DNA from: Antedon mediterranea
Taxonomy: Eukaryota; Animalia; Echinodermata
Reading direction: 5' to 3'
Assembly (NCBI RefSeq): GCF_964355755.1
Contig: NC_092673.1
Location: 744,001 to 808,000 of the forward strand
Length of the DNA stretch: 64,000 nucleotides
Part shown: piece after piece, positions 59,665-64,000 of the stretch
Layout of the letters: the number at the start of each line of letters is the position of its first letter
How positions within the stretch are numbered: position 1 is the first letter of the stretch
Notes under the pieces: model-generated
The model's database searches: none
The model's input: the letters and a program-made list of their open reading frames with translations, nothing else
Told to the model about the DNA's origin: nothing
Position numbers and translations under genes: made by a program

Positions 59665-62600
59665 TTACTGCTGGATGACCATCACGTTTGGTAGACCGTA
59701 ACAGACGGCATTAAACCAGTGTCTACTTGTCACATCTTTCTCTGTGTATGCTTCATTCACATTCTCTTCATAAATTTGCTTACTCTCCAAAGTTTTTATT
59801 TCATTTTTTGATCTGTTCTTTGCAGAACCTGGTTTCTTATTGGTTTTACCATTCTTTGTTGATCCACGACCTACGGCGCTACTGTCATCTACTCCCTCTT
59901 CTTCATCTTCAATTTCTCCTTCAGGTCGCCAATTTGGGATAAACAGACGTCGGACAGTCTGGCCTGTTGTTCGTCCAATCTCCAATAGACCTATGAATTA
60001 CAAAAACAATACAATGACTCTTGTATCCCAAAGTACTGGTGTGGATGAGAAGGATACATGCACGTTCCTCCTCGCATTGTTTGGAGTGGTGATTTGGTTC
60101 ATCCAAGGTAGATAAAACACTTTTCACAGAGTTTGGCATGTGCAGAAAACACAAACGGTTTCCTTGGAACTTGTTAACACAAATGTTTTTATAAAAAAAC
60201 AATATCTTTTATGGCAATCACTCTTTCTTAACTTTGCTACCATCATTTGCTTTTACATAATTTAATTTAATGGTTTTTGCATTCTTGTGAAGAGTGAGTT
60301 AAGCAGTATGATTTTGATTACAACAAAAATGTTTATTCACCTTTGGATAAAGTGTTGAAAGTGGAAGCATTGTCCTTGAGTGTACAGTGCCACTGGTTAG
60401 CAATCAAGCAGCCAATACCAGTCATACTCAACAGCATTGATGTCTCCACAGGTTTCTCATGCTTCAGATCATTATGGCTGAAAAAAATAAACAGAAAACA
60501 AAAACATAAAATAGGTACATGTTTGGTAAGAAAACATTGAAATGACATCATTCCACTAAGGTTTCTATGACCTTCATACTTTAATACAATTCTGTATAAT
60601 AATAAAAATATCCTGGATTTATAAAGCGCTTAATGTTGAGAAACTAACTAAGTACATGTACATATTATTGTAAGGGCGTGTGGCGCAGTGTGTTGGACGT
60701 TGGACTACCGATCGTCAGACCTAGGTTCGAATCCAACTCTTGCCGCATTGCTTGTATCCGTAGGCAAGATACTTTACTTACGTTGCCTCTCTCCACCCAG
60801 GTGTATAAATGGGTACCCAGTTAGATCTAGACACAACTTTGCGCTGGTTACCGGCTGCATTATGGGAGTATGTTTCCATACGTGTTTGATCCCAAAAAAT
60901 ACTGGGGTAATAATGCTCGTAAAGCGCCTTTGAGCATGATTACTCATGAAAAGGGCGCTATATAAATGTGGTATTATTATTATTATTATTATTATCCGGC
61001 CATTTTTGGATCAAACACGTAGTAATCAGCATAAAGTTCTGAACCCACGATCTCATGATCACACGCCTTCAATAATGATAGATGAGTGAATATATCATTT
61101 TATTTTACAATTGAACAAGGAAGCAATGAAAAAAGAATTGATTTTATACTGTAAATTATCAGAAAGTTCCACATATTTATTTTTAAAATTATTTTTGAAA
61201 TTAATTCTGAATGTTATCTAATGAATGATCAAAACACTTACGTTTTAATGACATCGATCTTGGATTGACGCAAGAAACTTTTATTGGTCTGGACAAGGTC
61301 CAATATTATGGCTAGTTTGCATTCTGAAAGAATAAAAACGCTAAAGGTTATTTTGAAATACTGCTGATAATTTAAAGGTGGGCTTTAGTGTGGTATCTCT
61401 TTTACCATAATTTCTTGGATTTATAAGGTATATTTGAGGAATGAGCTTTTCTGTGGTAACTCCAATGATTTATTTTAATTTTCAGGCAAATTACCAAGGA
61501 CTATCAACAGATATACAGCACACAAAAAAACATACACACAGATGCTCTACAAACATAACATCTTTTGTCACGAGAGCCACACCAGTAATAGAATCAACGA
61601 ATCTATAGGGGTCAGTAGTTGAGTGCTTAACTACCTAGCTACAGTATAACTCACTTTGACTGACGCAAGAAACTTTTACTGGTTTGGTCAATATTCTGAC
61701 TAATCATGGGATAGGAGGGCTTATACCTATCAGTAAATATCTTTATAATTGTTATGAAATATTGCATCTTACCAGCCATATTGCTTGCTATCACTTTTGA
61801 TGGATGTATGTAAGAAAACAATCTCTCCATTCCATAGAAGATAAAAGCAGAATTGTCTAACATATAGTTTTCCCACTCGCCAACACTAGAAGAGAAAAGT
61901 AAATACTTGTTTAAAACCAAAATAAAATGTACATTGAGTAGTGTATAGTGATCAACAACACAGATTAACAGAAAAAAGTGTTCTGTCACTTTATGTAACT
62001 CACCTTGGGATATGATCACTACCCATAATGCCTTGCCAACGTGCAGTAAACTGTGTTTGGTAATTGGTTAATATCTCGCTCATGACATTCATTGGTTTCT
62101 CAATCTCATTGTCGGTTTGTGAACAGTCACTATAAGGGTCAACAATGTCTAAAACTCTTTAAGGAAATACAACATAAAGAAGTGAGAAGTGACAAATCGA
62201 TCTCAGGTTTTATATTCTTAATGGTGGAGATAGATTTTCAATATGCCCAATATCTTTACATTTTTAATTGTATAATAACGTTTTAAAATCTTGTATTGTT
62301 CCCACAAAAACATGACAAATAAAGATTAATAAAATCAGACTTTAAATAGATTATTTTGTGATTTTAATCAAGTTAATCACTTCCATAGGAAAAAAAAAAC
62401 GGAAAAAATTAATGTTTTCACTTATAAATAAAATAAATGGTTAAATTCAACCAAAAACCCATTTGCTGGCAGCTAATTTCATTAGTTTTTGCTTTAAATT
62501 ACAGTTTTTTAGGTAAATACATTTTCTTTTCGATCCAATTTTTGGTCAAAGTGGATAACTATTAAATGACATTAAATTGGCATATTAAAAAAAAAATGTT

Positions 62601-64000
62601 AAGAATTATTTTTTCAGGGGGACAATACATCTTTAAGTATTATTTTAAAGGATACATCTAAAAGCATGCGTGTCAACACCAGAGCAGTGTGGAGGTACTT
62701 GACGGTCGAGTGGAAGCTGTTAAAAAAGAATAATTATTATGAATCAATCATTGTGAAATAAAAGATGTTGATATACAGTTTTCAATAAAAATATGGAATG
62801 TAAAAGAATAACATATCTGTTGTTAAACTCTTATGGATAATGAATAGGTCCATGTACAGTTGTTCATTACAGTTATACTGTATGCATTGTTTATAGGTCC
62901 AGCATACACAATTAGCTCAGCAAGTCACTAGACAGGTGTATTACAGTATATCATACAATGATCAGATTAAATAACACATCACAGGGGAGGAGCATATTAA
63001 TACATCTTATCAAATCAAGATGCTTACAATTTTAACAGCCCTGTTCTTAAATAGCACATCACAGAGGAGGAGCATATTAATACATCTTATTAAATCAAGA
63101 TGCTTACAATTTTAACAGCCCTGTTCTTAAATAGCACATCACAGGGGAGGAGCATATTAATACATCTTATTAAATCAAGATGCTTACAATTTTAACAGCC
63201 CTGTTCTTATCTTTTGCTTGTTTTGCTTTTAGAGCCTCCTTTTTCTTCTTCTCATCTAATTGTTCCTCAACTTAAAAAAAAACAAAAGATAATTGATAAT
63301 TCATTTTAGAAAACAGGCAAGTAAAAACCATTACACAGAGCGAAACAAATCGAACACCTAAGTTATAGGGTAGACTCCAGCTCTACAACGTAGAAGAAGA
63401 AGAATAAATGTTAATAAACAAACTGTCAGACAAATTAATTATAAATCATAATTTTTAAAATAAAACAAAAACTATTTACCCTCTGGTTCCTGGTGCCATC
63501 TGTTATAGAGCATCTGGAATGAGAAATCCCGAGAAAGAGAGAAGATGGAAGGCGATGCCAGAAGTGGTAGAGCCTCTAGAGGGAGTTCCATTAGCCATTT
63601 GTCCGCCAGGATAATAACATACTCTTCCTGATTAACTTGTCCAGCTGATGCTGCATTATCCAGAGCCCTGAATAGAGGAATAAGAGAGAATCAATTTTGC
63701 TGCAATATCTCATAATATGTTATTGTATTTGTACTGACTGTAATTTTGAAAGCATAGAGGAAATCTTGATGAAAAAAAACCAAGCTATTTGTATTTTTCG
63801 CCATAAAAAAAAAATGGAACATTTAATAATCTTTTCTTTGATGTCTTTAAAATATTGTCTGTTATCCTCTTCTGAATGGGAAAGAAGTGGGATATAATAC
63901 TCTACCTAAAGGCAGGTTCCATGGCTGTTGTGATAGGAAGCAGGTATTCATGCATCTTTTGTACAAGTTCAGAAAATTCAGCCTCAAGCTGTTCCTCTTC
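59665..64000 (-). CDS. CFAP46: cilia- and flagella-associated protein 46 (TTC40), last 9 exons; gene continues beyond the window
   Basis: Minus-strand exons 64000-63906, 63667-63480, 63270-63188, 62716-62656, 62148-62004, 61885-61773, 61323-61242, 60477-60341 and 59990-59665 join in frame. Peptides IILADKWLMELPLEAL...SRDFSFQMLYNR, YIVDPY, FIFYGMERL, ECKLAIILDLVQT, IANQW and NAVCYGLP match my recollection of the CFAP46 C-terminus. Confidence 0.85.
60674..60993 (+). mobile_element. tRNA-derived SINE (CORE/Meta-like centre, L2-like tail)
   Basis: A box TGGCGCAGTG, B box GGTTCGAATCC, central GGCAAGATACTTTAC and CTCCACCCAGGTGTATAAATGGGTACC, tail GTAAAGCGCC...GCGCTATATAAATG followed by (TAT)n. Confidence 0.85.
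62282..62636. mobile_element. Kolobok-type MITE inside the CFAP46 U12 intron
   Basis: TGTATTGTTCCC ... GGGGGACAATACATCT|TTAA; homologous to 34380-34555. Confidence 0.7.
62975..63208 (-). repeat. 80-bp tandem repeat of a CFAP46 exon end plus donor, 3 copies
   Basis: Minus strand AAGAACAGGGCTGTTAAAATT|GTAAGC with donors at 63187, 63107 and 63027. Confidence 0.95.

Noticed and set aside
60016-60202. Possible extra CFAP46 exon
   Set aside because: The flanking exons already join in frame (TLSK-G-LLEIG), and no convincing splice sites bound this stretch.
60674-60750. tRNA gene
   Set aside because: A and B boxes are present, but no clean cloverleaf forms and the sequence continues into a SINE body and tail.

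Overview
AT-rich, intron-rich metazoan genomic DNA; an invertebrate deuterostome such as an echinoderm is plausible but is inference only. Conserved genes, reconstructed by hand from splice sites and reading frame, are Nup107 (+, 4300-15953, 24 coding exons, about 946 aa, with a probable U12 intron and a GC-AG intron), RNA polymerase II subunit RPB2/POLR2B (+, 35464-57390, 22 coding exons, about 1176 aa) and the 3' end of CFAP46 (-, 59665 to beyond 64000, with a clear U12 intron). There is also an intronless 428-aa orphan ORF divergent from Nup107. Between Nup107 and RPB2 lie three small unrecognised ORFs (78, about 105 and 86 aa) with the same gene architecture and a shared DPL motif; two of them share a long conserved downstream non-coding block that runs into a relic copy of the RPB2 promoter. 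Other notable patterns are 23-34 bp palindromic inserts with 7-bp target duplications (P/Galileo-like excision footprints) near promoters, tandem repeats that duplicate exon-end plus splice-donor units in all three conserved genes, TAGGCCTA-rich patches just downstream of each predicted 5' end, Penelope-type hammerhead remnants, and many MITEs, SINEs, LINE fragments and minisatellites. No database searches were possible; gene names rest on recalled protein sequences.
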